A stretch of 63,068 bases of DNA, the filler included, from Folioceros fuciformis (lineage: Eukaryota), in NCBI GenBank assembly GCA_049999805.1. It is 3 parts of 2 records of this genome, joined end to end, with 100 filler letters (N's around TTAATTAATTAA, not from the genome) between each part and the next. Parts side by side here need not be neighbours in the genome. Positions count along the whole stretch, not along the records: positions 21,874 to 50,205 come from JBNGIO010005624.1; 2 more parts are not named here. One strand, 5' to 3'. Below are positions 35,030 to 45,889 of the stretch, one piece after another. Both the position numbers and the translations under genes were made by a program. The notes under the pieces were generated by a model. That model saw only the letters and a program-made list of their open reading frames with translations, ran no database searches and had not been told where the DNA came from. Position 1 is the first letter of the stretch, and each line of letters starts with the position of its first letter.

Positions 35030-38005
35030 TCACGGTCGACCATTACAACTGCAACAACCAGCCGCGAATCGATGGACGCGGTACCCATCTCTCACCACAA
35101 TGTCTCGCCCTTCAAGCCTTGACATGATCTCCGTGGAACTGTGGCAGTCACTGCACATGCGTAGATTCTTCGTTACCACCAGAGGTGTCCCAGTCGGAGT
35201 GTTCAACAGACCAAACGCCAGGGCTAGCTTCTCAGCATGCCCACAAAGCGCATCTTCCTTTTCCTTCTCAGACAGTGGCTTCAACACCAACCGTGTGTGA
35301 GGTATGTGCCCTCCTTCCTGCTTCACACGGGCGTTCGTGCTCTCTACCATGGACGCAAGATCATCTCTCCTTTCCCCCACAGCAAACGTATGCACCTCCT
35401 TATTCACCTCAATGGTGGCCACAGCAGCTTTTTTTTTAGCTCCTGCTGCCTTTCTCTGGGCTTCAATCCTGTCTACATGGCTCCATTGCCCTGCATCTGC
35501 ATAGGCATTGGCCATGAGCACATACGCAGGCGCCCATTGAGGGTCCAGCCCAACAATGTTTTCAAAACACCGGGCGGCCCTTGCTATATCCCCGTGGCTT
35601 TTGCAGGCATTCAACAAAGACGTCAAGCCCACTACATTACTTTTGTTCTCGGATGATAACAGCATCTTCTCTGCCTCATCTACATGGCCGGCACGCCCAA
35701 GAAGATCAATCATGCAATTGTAATGCTCAGTGCTAGGCGTGATGCCATGCTGTTCAGCCATGGAATCGAAGTGTGTGCGACCCTCATCCACCAGTCCCCC
35801 ATGACTGCATGCTACTAGAAGGCAAGTAAAAGTTGCATCATTAGGCTGAATGCCAGCAAGTAGCATCTCCTCAAAACAAGCCAGTGCCTTGTGACACTCA
35901 TCACAAGCGCCATACCCAGATATGAGGGCAGTCCAAGTCACCACATCCTTTGTGGCCAAGCTGTCAAACACCTGGCGGGCAGCCTCCACGTCGCCACATT
36001 TTGCGTACATGTCCACCAGGCAGTTTCCCAACACGACATTATCCAGCAGTCCTCTTTTCAGAATCTGTGAGTGTAGCTGCCTGCCCTTCTGTACTCCGCC
36101 AGCGATCGCACAGGCCTTGAGAAGACAAGTGAGAGTGACGTGGTCAGCCACAAGCAAGCCCTCATGCTCCATTTGTTCGTACAGAAGAAGCGCTTCTTGT
36201 CCGAGTCCTTGCTGAGTATACCCAGCTATCAGGGTGTTCCACGTCACCAAATTCTTAGAGGCCAGGTTGTCAAAAACCTGACGTGCATCCTCAAGTTCAC
36301 CACATTTTGCATACATGTCCACCAGGCAGGTGCCCACCAGTATGTTATCCAACAGTCCCCTTTTGACAATCTGTGAGTGCAGCTGCATACCCTCCTGTAA
36401 GGCACCGTTGCTTCCACAGGCCCTCAGGAGGCAAGCAAAAGTGACATGGTCAGCCAGAATAAGGCCTGCCTCCTCCATTTGTCCATGCAGAACAAGCGCC
36501 TCTTGGCTGAGTCCTTTCCGTGCATACCCAGCAATCAGGGAATTCCAAGTCACCACATCCTTTGTGGCCATGCAGTCGAAAACGTGGCGTGCATCTTCCA
36601 GTTCACCACATTTGGCATACATGTCCACCAGGCAGTTGCCCACCAGAACGTCATTGAGCAGTCCTCTTTCGACAATGCGTGAGTGCAGTTGCATGCCCTT
36701 TTGTAACGCACCAGTGCTTCCGCAAGCCTTCAGAACGCAAGCAAAAGTAACACGGTTAGCCGAAATGCGGACCGCCTTCTCCATTTGTCCGTACACAGCA
36801 AGCGCCTCTTGGCCCAGTCCTTGCTGTGCATACCCAGCAATCAGAGCATTCCATGTCACCACATCCTTCGTGGCCATGCTGTCAAAAACCTGGCGTGCAT
36901 CTACCAGTTCACCACATTTGGCATACATGTCCACCAGGCAGTTGCCAACAAACAAGTTACTAGGAATGCCACTGTGCAACACATGAGAGTGCACCTTTCG
37001 GCCAGATTCCACATCCGAGGCAGATGCACAAGCTTGGAGGGCAGCTACAAAGACGTGAGCATCTGCCGTCACTCCTGACCTACACATGGCATTGTACAGT
37101 TGTATGGCCTCACAAGGCTTTCCGTGCTTGGCATATGCGGAGATTATGGAAGACCACATGAAGGCATCCGGTGTGCCCACTCTGGTGAACACATCCATGG
37201 CCTCTTGCAGCCTACCTTCACATGCATACATGCGCAAGAGATGGTTCCCCAAGTATGCACTGGACTCGTAGCCAAGCTTGGCAGTGAGATGATGAACTCG
37301 TCGGCCCACCACCAAATCCTTCTTAGCTGTACACAGTTTTAGCACAGCGTAAAACAGAGACTGAGGAATAGCAGAGTCCCTGTGCGCCAGAGATTCCAGG
37401 GCTTCAACAGCCTCGCAAAGCTTCCCCTGCTGACATAGAATGCTCACGGTTGCAAGCGTTGCAACGCCCATCTCCGATCCAGGGCGCCGGCGCCTCCCAG
37501 CTTCAGACGTTGCAGAGGAGGTGGACTTGAAAGGAGAGGAGGCACCATGAGCTATCTGCATATCCAAGGAAACGAGGTGGTCATCAACCCAAGCTGGCTT
37601 AAACACGCTGTTCAACCACAGAACCTGGCCGGACCCCTTACGCCGGAAGTGAGGCGCAAGGCTGCTCTTGTCATCTCGTCTGTTATCCCACCACATGGCA
37701 GGGTCCAGGAAGAATTGTTGCCACAAGTCCTCCAGCTCCTGCTCCTGCTCCTGCACCTGCTCCTGCACCTGCACCTGCACCTGCTCCTGCTCCTGGCATC
37801 GACCATGGGTAGAAATTCTGTCCGCTCCCATCGATTTTCTCGCAATTGGAAGCGCTGGGCTCTTCACACTGCCAGACCTGGACGCGCGGTTGTTTGCCAT
37901 AGGTGAACTCTCTGATGTGAGATGAGCCGGAGTTAGTACTGGGATCACTTTGGACACACCAATTTGTTTGATCCACAACAGGTCCGGTTGCCATACTGCG
38001 GACAT
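35030..38005 (-). CDS. PDF(PHF)-motif + PLS-PPR + DYW:KP protein (991 aa)
   Basis: LWQQFFLDPAMWWDNRR..APHFRRK; KKKAAVATIEV; GHAEKLA; MCSDCH; ends CSCNGRP. Confidence 0.95.
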   Translation of the reverse strand: MSAVWQPDLLWIKQIGVSKVIPVLTPAHLTSESSPMANNRASRSGSVKSPALPIARKSMGADRISTHGRCQEQEQVQVQVQEQVQEQEQELEDLWQQFFLDPAMWWDNRRDDKSSLAPHFRRKGSGQVLWLNSVFKPAWVDDHLVSLDMQIAHGASSPFKSTSSATSEAGRRRRPGSEMGVATLATVSILCQQGKLCEAVEALESLAHRDSAIPQSLFYAVLKLCTAKKDLVVGRRVHHLTAKLGYESSAYLGNHLLRMYACEGRLQEAMDVFTRVGTPDAFMWSSIISAYAKHGKPCEAIQLYNAMCRSGVTADAHVFVAALQACASASDVESGRKVHSHVLHSGIPSNLFVGNCLVDMYAKCGELVDARQVFDSMATKDVVTWNALIAGYAQQGLGQEALAVYGQMEKAVRISANRVTFACVLKACGSTGALQKGMQLHSRIVERGLLNDVLVGNCLVDMYAKCGELEDARHVFDCMATKDVVTWNSLIAGYARKGLSQEALVLHGQMEEAGLILADHVTFACLLRACGSNGALQEGMQLHSQIVKRGLLDNILVGTCLVDMYAKCGELEDARQVFDNLASKNLVTWNTLIAGYTQQGLGQEALLLYEQMEHEGLLVADHVTLTCLLKACAIAGGVQKGRQLHSQILKRGLLDNVVLGNCLVDMYAKCGDVEAARQVFDSLATKDVVTWTALISGYGACDECHKALACFEEMLLAGIQPNDATFTCLLVACSHGGLVDEGRTHFDSMAEQHGITPSTEHYNCMIDLLGRAGHVDEAEKMLLSSENKSNVVGLTSLLNACKSHGDIARAARCFENIVGLDPQWAPAYVLMANAYADAGQWSHVDRIEAQRKAAGAKKKAAVATIEVNKEVHTFAVGERRDDLASMVESTNARVKQEGGHIPHTRLVLKPLSEKEKEDALCGHAEKLALAFGLLNTPTGTPLVVTKNLRMCSDCHSSTEIMSRLEGRDIVVRDGYRVHRFAAGCCSCNGRP

Positions 38006-38334
38006 CGTTCAGGCTCAGGGACTGCTGACCAGAATATAGACGCAGGGAATGTGGGTAATGTCGTGGCTGTGGCGCCTTGCATTCGCTACGCAACACATGA
38101 CCAGACCACACCACCATTAAACAAGGACTTTTGCAGACTGATTTCCTGCAGCGCTTCGCTTGCGTGTGCTGCCCACGTTCTGGTTCCAAGTTTGGGATGG
38201 AACAGGAAACGGGCAGCAATAGGTACAGTCTCATTTATTTTAGAAAAGTAGGATGAAAAATCACTGGAGAGATATAAACTAATGATAGGGACACTAGGGG
38301 CTAATGGTTCGACATAGGGTCTACTATCACTGGA

Positions 38335-38770
38335 GTTACTGACATCGCCTCTCCTCCCTTTGGAATTACTGACTCCCATTGGAGTTAATGATGCCGCCTC
38401 TCTTCCCATTGAAGTTACTGACGTTGCCTCTCTGCCAATAGAGTTATTGACACCGCCTCTCCTGCCATGGAGTGCCAATAGAGTTATTGACACCGCCTCT
38501 CCTGCCATGGAGTTATTGATGCTGCCTCTCTGCCATGGAGTTATTGATGCCGCCTCTCCTACCAATAGAGTCATGGTGTTATTGATGCCGCCCTCTCCTN
38601 NNNNNNNNNAATAGAGTCATGGTGTTATTGATGCCGCCCTCTCCTACCAATAGAGTTATTGACGCCACCTCTCCTACCAATAGAGTTATTGACACCACCT
38701 CTCCTACGAATAGAGTTATTGACACCGCCTCTCCTACCAATGGAGTTATTGATGTCGCCTCTCTTGCCAA
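38335..38770 (+). repeat. ~30-bp minisatellite
   Basis: gagttattgacaccgcctctcctaccaata and variants, more than 10 copies, with an N gap. Confidence 0.92.
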
Positions 38771-38789
38771 CGTTGTCATCCTGTGTATG

Positions 38790-39430
38790 GTATTAGCCAA
38801 GTTTTGCTATAGAGCTATGGAAACCCTCCGCCGACAAAGTGTTACAAAAGATGGAAAGAGGAAGCCCAAGCCCATTTTTCTAGTTGTGAACTGCCTTGGC
38901 GCAAGACTTCAAAAAGTTGGAAAAAACCTTGCACATGGCCGTGCGAGTATTTATGGCAAGGGGGATAAAGGTGTGTCCAACCTGTAAAGGGGTGTACTTG
39001 TGAACCTTGGTTGATGCACTCCCCTTTACCACCCAACTTGGAGGGTTGAGGATAACATGCTCGTAGAGTGCAATGTATGTGGGGTCAATTACGATCAAAT
39101 CAGCAATAATAACTTGTTGATCTCCTTAGATTTAGATGTAGAAAAGGTCAACCCAAAGGGAAATGTCATTCAATAGAGTGTATGGGCACACCCCGAAGGG
39201 TAGAAAGCAAGCCTCCTTGGCCAACGAAAACATGACATCTCGCACAGCCAACGAAAACATGACATCNNNNNNNNNNAACATGACATCTCGCACAGCCAAC
39301 GAAAACATGACATCTCGCACAGCATCGTGCGTAGCCATCCATTGACCCTCATTCAAGCAATGGGCAAGATGAGCACTAGATTTGTCTAGAGGTGTCTCAC
39401 AATTGGAGGAGAGAGAGCAGGCCAAAGTTG
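38790..39430 (-). mobile_element. Degraded 3' fragment of a non-LTR retrotransposon with a restriction-enzyme-like endonuclease (CRE/R2-like)
   Basis: Minus-strand remnants C....C..PLD....HLAHC..EGQWMATHDAVRDV, WVDL, DLIVIDPT and KY...GHTFIPLA, resembling the CCHC + REL C-terminus; internal 27-bp tandem (39220-39320). Confidence 0.55.
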
Positions 39431-39904
39431 GACCAAACTAAGGTAAAACCTTATTGTCGTAGAAAATGTGGGTTGGTGCGATTCATAAAGCCTATAGGGT
39501 CAATTGAGCCAAGAACTTGTGCCTAGCCTGAGCACAAACGAAGTCGTGCATGAATGGGCCTTAGGATAGAAGAATCCCAGCAACAATGCAATGCCATTCC
39601 TATTCCTTTCTTGGTCTTTTGAATTTTAGATACATACTTACTCTTAAGTAAGTAAATATAATTATTTTTTATTGTTGAGGAAAAACTAGATGGAAAGTCC
39701 CATCCACTCCAAGGATAGGAGGAACAATGGCATATAGATGGTAGAATCCAACCCAAATGGGGCCAAAGGGCAAAGAGTACTAACTCCTTCGAAAATCATT
39801 TTGAAAATTACTTATTGCTCCTAAAAATATCGTGATATATAGATTAACAAAAGGTCTACCTACCACCTGTGTTGAAGAAGCTACTTGACCTGCTCTTGTT
39901 TCTA

Positions 39905-40355
39905 TTCTAAAAACCACGTTGGCTAATGCTCTTTGTGAAGCAATTGGTTCTAACAACCTTGTTGTTAGCTAATACTCTTTGTAAAGCAATGGATATCTTT
40001 ACAAAGCAAAAACTACTTTATTAGCTAATGCTCTTTGTAGAGCAATGGATATCTTTACAAAGCAAAAACCATGTTATTGGCTAATGTTCTTTGTAAAAAA
40101 ATGGATATCTTTACAAAGCAATGGAGTCTAAAAATCACTTTGTTGGCTAATGTTTTCTAGCAAAGCAAAAGATATTTTTACAAAGCAACAAGTTCTGAAA
40201 ACCGCATTGTTGGCCAACACTCTTTTGTAAAGCAATGGTATCTTTACAAAGTAATGGAGTCTAAAAATCATGTTATCATCCACGAATATCTTTACAAAGC
40301 AAAAGTTCTAAAAACCTCACCTTTTGCCTAATACTCTTTTGCAAAGCAATGGATG
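39905..40355. repeat. Degenerate tandem array with internal inverted repeats
   Basis: ggctaatgctctttgtaaagcaatggatatctttacaaagcaaaaac repeated; ctttgtaaag and ctttacaaag are reverse complements. Confidence 0.85.
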
Positions 40356-40947
40356 TGATACCCGAAACAAGGGCAAGGTTTGGTAAATATACTATATATG
40401 TCTGATTGGGTACTATAATCCGTGTTCCAATAATGAGCATGAGAGGCAGATCAGATCAGCGTCGTTCAAAGTCGGCTGCCAGCCAATGACAGGCCTTTTA
40501 GAAAGGCAGGGTGGATTTACTAGAAGCTGCACTTCTCTCAGGCGGCTGCCGATGCTTGCAACTGATCCGAGCGCCCCCGACGGCTATGTGCGTACGTACG
40601 TACCCTGATGTCGTTGGGCACGCTGAATTCCCTCGTGCGCCTTCCCTTCGATGGAAGACGTGAGACTCCATGAGTTTGTAGTCATTGTGAGGTGAATGTG
40701 AAGCTAGAATCTATCAGTTTCCTAATTTGAAGTGAAGGTGAAGCAAGAATCCATCAGTTTCCCAAATTGCCCCTCTTACCCCTTGCAAATCTGCTCCGCA
40801 CCGGTGTCCTGTCTTGTCTGCCTGTTCTATCCTCCCTCGTTGCTCGCTGTTGACCATCACGGGTGTGTCCCTGTGCCTGTGCCTCACAACCTGGGCTGGG
40901 CATCGTCGTGCCATAGTCCGTTGTTAGCATACGGTGGTCCTTGAACG

Positions 40948-43900
40948 ATGGCCACCGTATGGCAACCGGACCCCTTGTGGACCCAACAAATTGGTGTACG
41001 TACAGGAATTCTTCCAGGATCTCGCGCTCGGCGTGTCTCAGGGAGTGAACCCCTGGCAAACAGAGCCTCCTCCAGGTGCAGCAGTCTTAATGTCAGGAGC
41101 CCAGCACTTCCACTCTCGAGCCAATGTGTGGGTGGGGATGGGCTTTCCATCGATGCTCGTTGCCAGGAGCAGCAGCAGGAGCACTTGTGGCAACAATTCT
41201 TTCTGGACCCCAACATGTGGTGGGACAACAGACCAGAGAAGAGGAGCTCCCGTTCGCCTGACTTCCGGCGTAAGGGGTCCAGCGAGGTGCTGTGGTTAGA
41301 CAACATGTTCAAGCCAGCTTGGGTTGATGAGCAGCTCGTATCCTTGGACTTGCGGATGGCTCACGGCCCCTCGTCTCCTTCCAAGTCCAGCTCTCCGGGC
41401 AAGCCTGAACCTGGCTCGAGGCGTGTAGGGTCGGAAATGGGCGTCGTAACGTCTGTAACCGTGCGCACATTATGTCAGCAGGGGAAGCTGTCTGAGGCCG
41501 TTGAAGCCCTGGAATCTCTGGCGCAGGGAAACTCAGCTATTTCACAGTCCCTCTTTTACCCTGTGCTCAAACTCTGTGGAGCTAAGAAGGATCTGGTTTT
41601 GGGCCGACGAGTACACCAAATCATTGTCAAACTTGGGTACGAGTCGGGCTCGTACCTGGGCAACCATATCTTACGGATGTATGCATGTGCAGGTAGGCTG
41701 CAGGAGGCCATGGATGTGTTCATCAGGGTACGCAAACCAGATGCTTTCATCTGGTCTTCCATTATCTGTGCATGCGCCAAGCATGGGAAACCTAAGGAGG
41801 CCATCCGATTGTACAATGTGATGTGTAGGTCGGGAGTGAAGGCGGATGCTCACGTCTTTGTAGCTGCCCTTCAAGCTTGTGCATTTGCCTCTGACGTGGA
41901 ATCTGGCCGAAAAGTGCACTCTCATGCCTTGCACAGTGGCATTCACACTAACTTGTTTGTTGGCAACTGCTTGGTGGACATGTATGCCAAATGTGGCGAA
42001 CTGAAAGATGCACGCCATGTTTTTGACAGCATGGCGACACGGGATGTGGTTACATGGAATGCCCTTATATCTGGGTATGCCCAGCAAGGGCTCCAGCACG
42101 AGGCGCTTGTTATGTACGGACAAATGGAGCGGGAGGGACTGGTTCTGGCCAACCACGTTACTTTCGCCTGCCTTCTGAAGGCTTGCGGAAGCATTGGTGC
42201 CTTGCAGAAGGGCAGGCTTATCCACTCACTGATTGTGGAAAGAGGGCTGCTGGATAACGTAGTGGTGGGCACCTCCCTGGTGGACATGTATGCAAAATGC
42301 GGCCAACTGAAAGAAGCACGCCAGGTTTTTGAGAGCATGGCCACAAAGGATCTGGTGACATGGAATGCCCTGATTGCTGGGTATTCAAATTGCAGTGAAC
42401 CCAGAGATGCACTCCAGACGGAATTCGATAGCATGGCTGCCACGAAGGATACGGTGAGACATGATGCCTCGAGAGCCGGGATTGCCGAGCAAGGGTTCAC
42501 ACATGAAGCACTTGTAGTGTATGGACAAATGGAGCAGGAGGGGATCATTTTGGCTGACCATGTTACTTATGCTTGCCTTCTCAAGGCCTGTGCAAGCACT
42601 GGTGCCTTACAGGAGGGCAGGCAGCTGCACTCACGGATTGTCCAAAGAGGACTACTGGATGACTTAGTGTTGGGCAACCGTTTGGTGGACATGTATGCAA
42701 AGTGTGGTGAATTGGAAGATGCACGCCAGGTTTTTGACAGCATGGCCTCAAAGGATGTGGTTACCTGGAATTCCCTGATATCTGGGTACGCCAAACAAGG
42801 GCTCGGCCATGAGGCACTGGTGGTGTATGGACAAATGGAGCACCAAATCCTGCTTCTGGCTAACCATGTTACTTTTGCTTGCCTTCTGAAGGCCTGTGCA
42901 AGCACTGGTGCCTTACACAAGGGCAGGCAGCTGCATTCACTGATCGCGGAAAGAGGGCTGCTGGATAACGTAGTGGTGGGCACCTGCCTGGTGGACATGT
43001 ATGCAAAATGTGGTGAACTGGAAGATGCACACCAGGTGTTTGACAGCTTGTCCACCAAGAATGTGGTGACATGGACTGCCCTGATTTCTGGGTATGCACA
43101 CGTAGGACTCGGCCAAGAGGCGCTGGACGTGCATGAACAAATGGAGGAGGCGGGCCTCATTTTGGCTGACCACATGACTTTTGCTTGCCTTCTGAAGGCC
43201 TGTGGAAGCACTGGTGCGTTACAAAAGGGCAGGCAGCTACACTCACAGATTGTGGGCAGAGCACTGCTGGATGACGTAGTGCTAGGCAACTGCCTGGTGG
43301 ACATGTATTCAAAATGTTGTGAAGTGGAAGAGGCACGCCAGGTTTTTGACAGCATGGCCAAAAAGGATGTGGTGACATGGACTGCCCTGATATCTGGGTA
43401 TGCAAAATGTGGTGAATTGAAAGATGCACGCCAGCTTTTTGAAAGCATGGACGCAAAGAATGTAGTGACTTGGAATGCCCTGATTGCTGGGTATGTCGAG
43501 CAAGGGCTGGGACACGAGGCGCTTGCTCTGTATGGACAACTGGGGCAGGAGTGCCTGGTTGTGGCTGACCATGTCACTTTTGGTTGCCTTCTTAGGGCAT
43601 GTGCAAGCACTGGTGCCTTACAGAAGGGCAGACAGCTGCACTCACTGATTGTTGAAAGAGGGCTGCTGGATAACGTAGTGTTAGGCAACTGCCTGGTGGA
43701 CATGTATGCAAGATGTGGGAATCTGGGAGCTGCACGCCGGGTTTTTGACAGCTTGGGCACGAAGGACGTGGTGACATGGAATGCCCTGATTTCTGGGTAT
43801 GGTGTTTGTGATGATGGTCACACTGCACTAGCTTGTTTCGAGGAGATGCTAGCTGCCGGTATGCAGCCTGATGGAAGCACGTTCACATGCCTGCTAGTAG

Positions 43901-44682
43901 CATGTAGTCATGGGGGACTAATCCAGGAGGGTCGCAAGTACTTTCATTCCATGGCTGAAGAACATTGCGTCGAACCTACGATTGAGCACTACACCTGCAT
44001 GGTTGATCTTCTTGGGCGTGCTGGCCATCTACAGGAGGCTGAGAAAATGCTGTTATTGTGCGAGGGCCAAGGTGATGTTGTGGGATTGACGTCGTTGCTG
44101 AGTGCCTGCAAAAGTCACGGGGATCTGGAGAGAGCAATGTGGTGTTTTGAAAGCATTGTGAGGCTGGACCCCAAGGAGGCGCCCGCCTATGTGCTCATGG
44201 CCAATGCTTTTGCAGATGCGGGTCGGTGGAAGGATGTAGACAGGATTGAAAGACAGAGAGCGGTAGCTGGAGCTAACAAGAAACCTGCAGCGGCCTCCAT
44301 TGAGGTGAAAAAGCAGGTACATAGATTCCTGGTAGGAGAAAGGAGAGAGGATCTTGATTTTAAATTGAAGAGCATGAATGGACGTGTGAAGCAGGAGGGA
44401 GGCCACGTACCTCACACTAAGTTGGTGTTGAAGCCAATGTGTGAGAAGGAAAAGGAAGATGTCCTTTGTGGGCATGCTGAGAAATTAGCTCTGGCGTTTG
44501 GTCTGTTGAACACTCCGAGTGGGACACCTCTTGTGGTAACCAAGAATCTACGCATGTGCAGTGACTGCCACAGTTCCACGGAGATCATGTCAAGGCTTGA
44601 ACAGAGAGACATTGTGGTAAGGGATGGGTACCGTGTGCATCGATTCGCAAACGGTTGTTGCAGTTGCAAGGGTCGACCGTGA
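40948..44682 (+). CDS. PDF-motif + PLS-PPR + DYW:KP protein (1244 aa)
   Basis: LWQQFFLDPNMWWDNRPEKRSSRSPDFRRKGSSEVLWL; long PLS array; NKKPAAASIEV; GHAEKLA; MCSDCH; ends CSCKGRP. Confidence 0.96.
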   Translation: MATVWQPDPLWTQQIGVRTGILPGSRARRVSGSEPLANRASSRCSSLNVRSPALPLSSQCVGGDGLSIDARCQEQQQEHLWQQFFLDPNMWWDNRPEKRSSRSPDFRRKGSSEVLWLDNMFKPAWVDEQLVSLDLRMAHGPSSPSKSSSPGKPEPGSRRVGSEMGVVTSVTVRTLCQQGKLSEAVEALESLAQGNSAISQSLFYPVLKLCGAKKDLVLGRRVHQIIVKLGYESGSYLGNHILRMYACAGRLQEAMDVFIRVRKPDAFIWSSIICACAKHGKPKEAIRLYNVMCRSGVKADAHVFVAALQACAFASDVESGRKVHSHALHSGIHTNLFVGNCLVDMYAKCGELKDARHVFDSMATRDVVTWNALISGYAQQGLQHEALVMYGQMEREGLVLANHVTFACLLKACGSIGALQKGRLIHSLIVERGLLDNVVVGTSLVDMYAKCGQLKEARQVFESMATKDLVTWNALIAGYSNCSEPRDALQTEFDSMAATKDTVRHDASRAGIAEQGFTHEALVVYGQMEQEGIILADHVTYACLLKACASTGALQEGRQLHSRIVQRGLLDDLVLGNRLVDMYAKCGELEDARQVFDSMASKDVVTWNSLISGYAKQGLGHEALVVYGQMEHQILLLANHVTFACLLKACASTGALHKGRQLHSLIAERGLLDNVVVGTCLVDMYAKCGELEDAHQVFDSLSTKNVVTWTALISGYAHVGLGQEALDVHEQMEEAGLILADHMTFACLLKACGSTGALQKGRQLHSQIVGRALLDDVVLGNCLVDMYSKCCEVEEARQVFDSMAKKDVVTWTALISGYAKCGELKDARQLFESMDAKNVVTWNALIAGYVEQGLGHEALALYGQLGQECLVVADHVTFGCLLRACASTGALQKGRQLHSLIVERGLLDNVVLGNCLVDMYARCGNLGAARRVFDSLGTKDVVTWNALISGYGVCDDGHTALACFEEMLAAGMQPDGSTFTCLLVACSHGGLIQEGRKYFHSMAEEHCVEPTIEHYTCMVDLLGRAGHLQEAEKMLLLCEGQGDVVGLTSLLSACKSHGDLERAMWCFESIVRLDPKEAPAYVLMANAFADAGRWKDVDRIERQRAVAGANKKPAAASIEVKKQVHRFLVGERREDLDFKLKSMNGRVKQEGGHVPHTKLVLKPMCEKEKEDVLCGHAEKLALAFGLLNTPSGTPLVVTKNLRMCSDCHSSTEIMSRLEQRDIVVRDGYRVHRFANGCCSCKGRP

Positions 44683-45480
44683 GAATGAACTCTAGAAATG
44701 AAGATCTGGCTGGCGAGTTCCCATGCATGCCTTTGTGCGGAGGCCATGGAACATTTCTTTCTTTCTTGTGGGGTGAAAAGCCAGAGTACGTTACAGAACG
44801 TTCGAAAGGCAGGGTTAGAGAGCGATGAAGACTCCTGCGGCTCATACCAATGGTGAGGTTGTAAGCTCCCGCTTGCAGACGAGACGAGAGAGTTTACATA
44901 CACATTTGCCCCTGTTGCCTACCAACCTCGTCTACATGGCTTGACATTGCTGCACCCAACGATTACGGAGCCCCAAGGCAAAGCTTGTGTGCTTCCAGCT
45001 TCCTGTAACGACGTGCACATGAATCAATGAGGCCCTCAGAAATCACCCACCCCCTTGAGATTGGGCTAAGCCTCAGATCAACTCCCAGCCTCAGGGGAAC
45101 GGTGGAGCCATGGAGCGGGCTTGCCAACTGGACTAGACTAGATCGGAGCTTTGTTGCAGTGTGAGCGATGTGGAGACTAGGTGGACTAATTGTCATGCCG
45201 AAAACAAGTCCAGCCATCCATCTTCTTTCAAGTTTTCCCCGTCGAAAACAAGGCCGGGAAGGCCTTGGACCTTCTAATGAAGGACGAGTGAGCCTTCATT
45301 GCTCGTGGTGACCTTGCGACTGCACGGTGTGCGTGCAGTTCATGGTGGCCGCTTCGAAGTGGAATGAGGATTTTCGTTCTTGGGCTTGCACGGCGTGTAC
45401 ACTGTGTAGTGTGAGCCGCAAAGTGGACAGAGAATTCCCCTTCTTGTGATTGCACGGTGTGAATGGGGGTATGTGGAACG

Positions 45481-45640
45481 AGGATTCCCAGTGAGCTGCA
45501 AAGTGGAAGGAGGATTCCCGGTAAGCTGCAAAGTGGAAGGAGGATTCCCAGTGAGCTGCAAAGTGGAAGGAGGATTCCCGGTGAACTGCAAAGCGGAAGA
45601 AGGATTCCCAGTGAGCCGCAAAGTGGAAAGAGGATTCCCA
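45481..45640 (+). repeat. 30-bp tandem repeat, ~5 copies
   Basis: aggattcccagtgagctgcaaagtggaagg at 30-bp period; partial copies at ~45410 and ~45690. Confidence 0.93.
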
Positions 45641-45889
45641 TACTTGGGCTTATCGCCGTTGGACGGTGTGAATGTAGTGTGTGGCGTGTGCTGCAAAGTG
45701 GAAGGAGGAAGAAGGATTCCCTTTCTCTTACATTAAGATATGTCTGGATTAGAGTTAGTCATCATATCCCTGTCCATGTCGGAGCTCGGTCAGGAATGGA
45801 GTTATTAAACACGCACAAATTCACACCCTCTTCCCTCTCCCCCGCCCCACCCCCCTGATGCGCACAGCAGCCTTGCATCGTCCTTCTTC

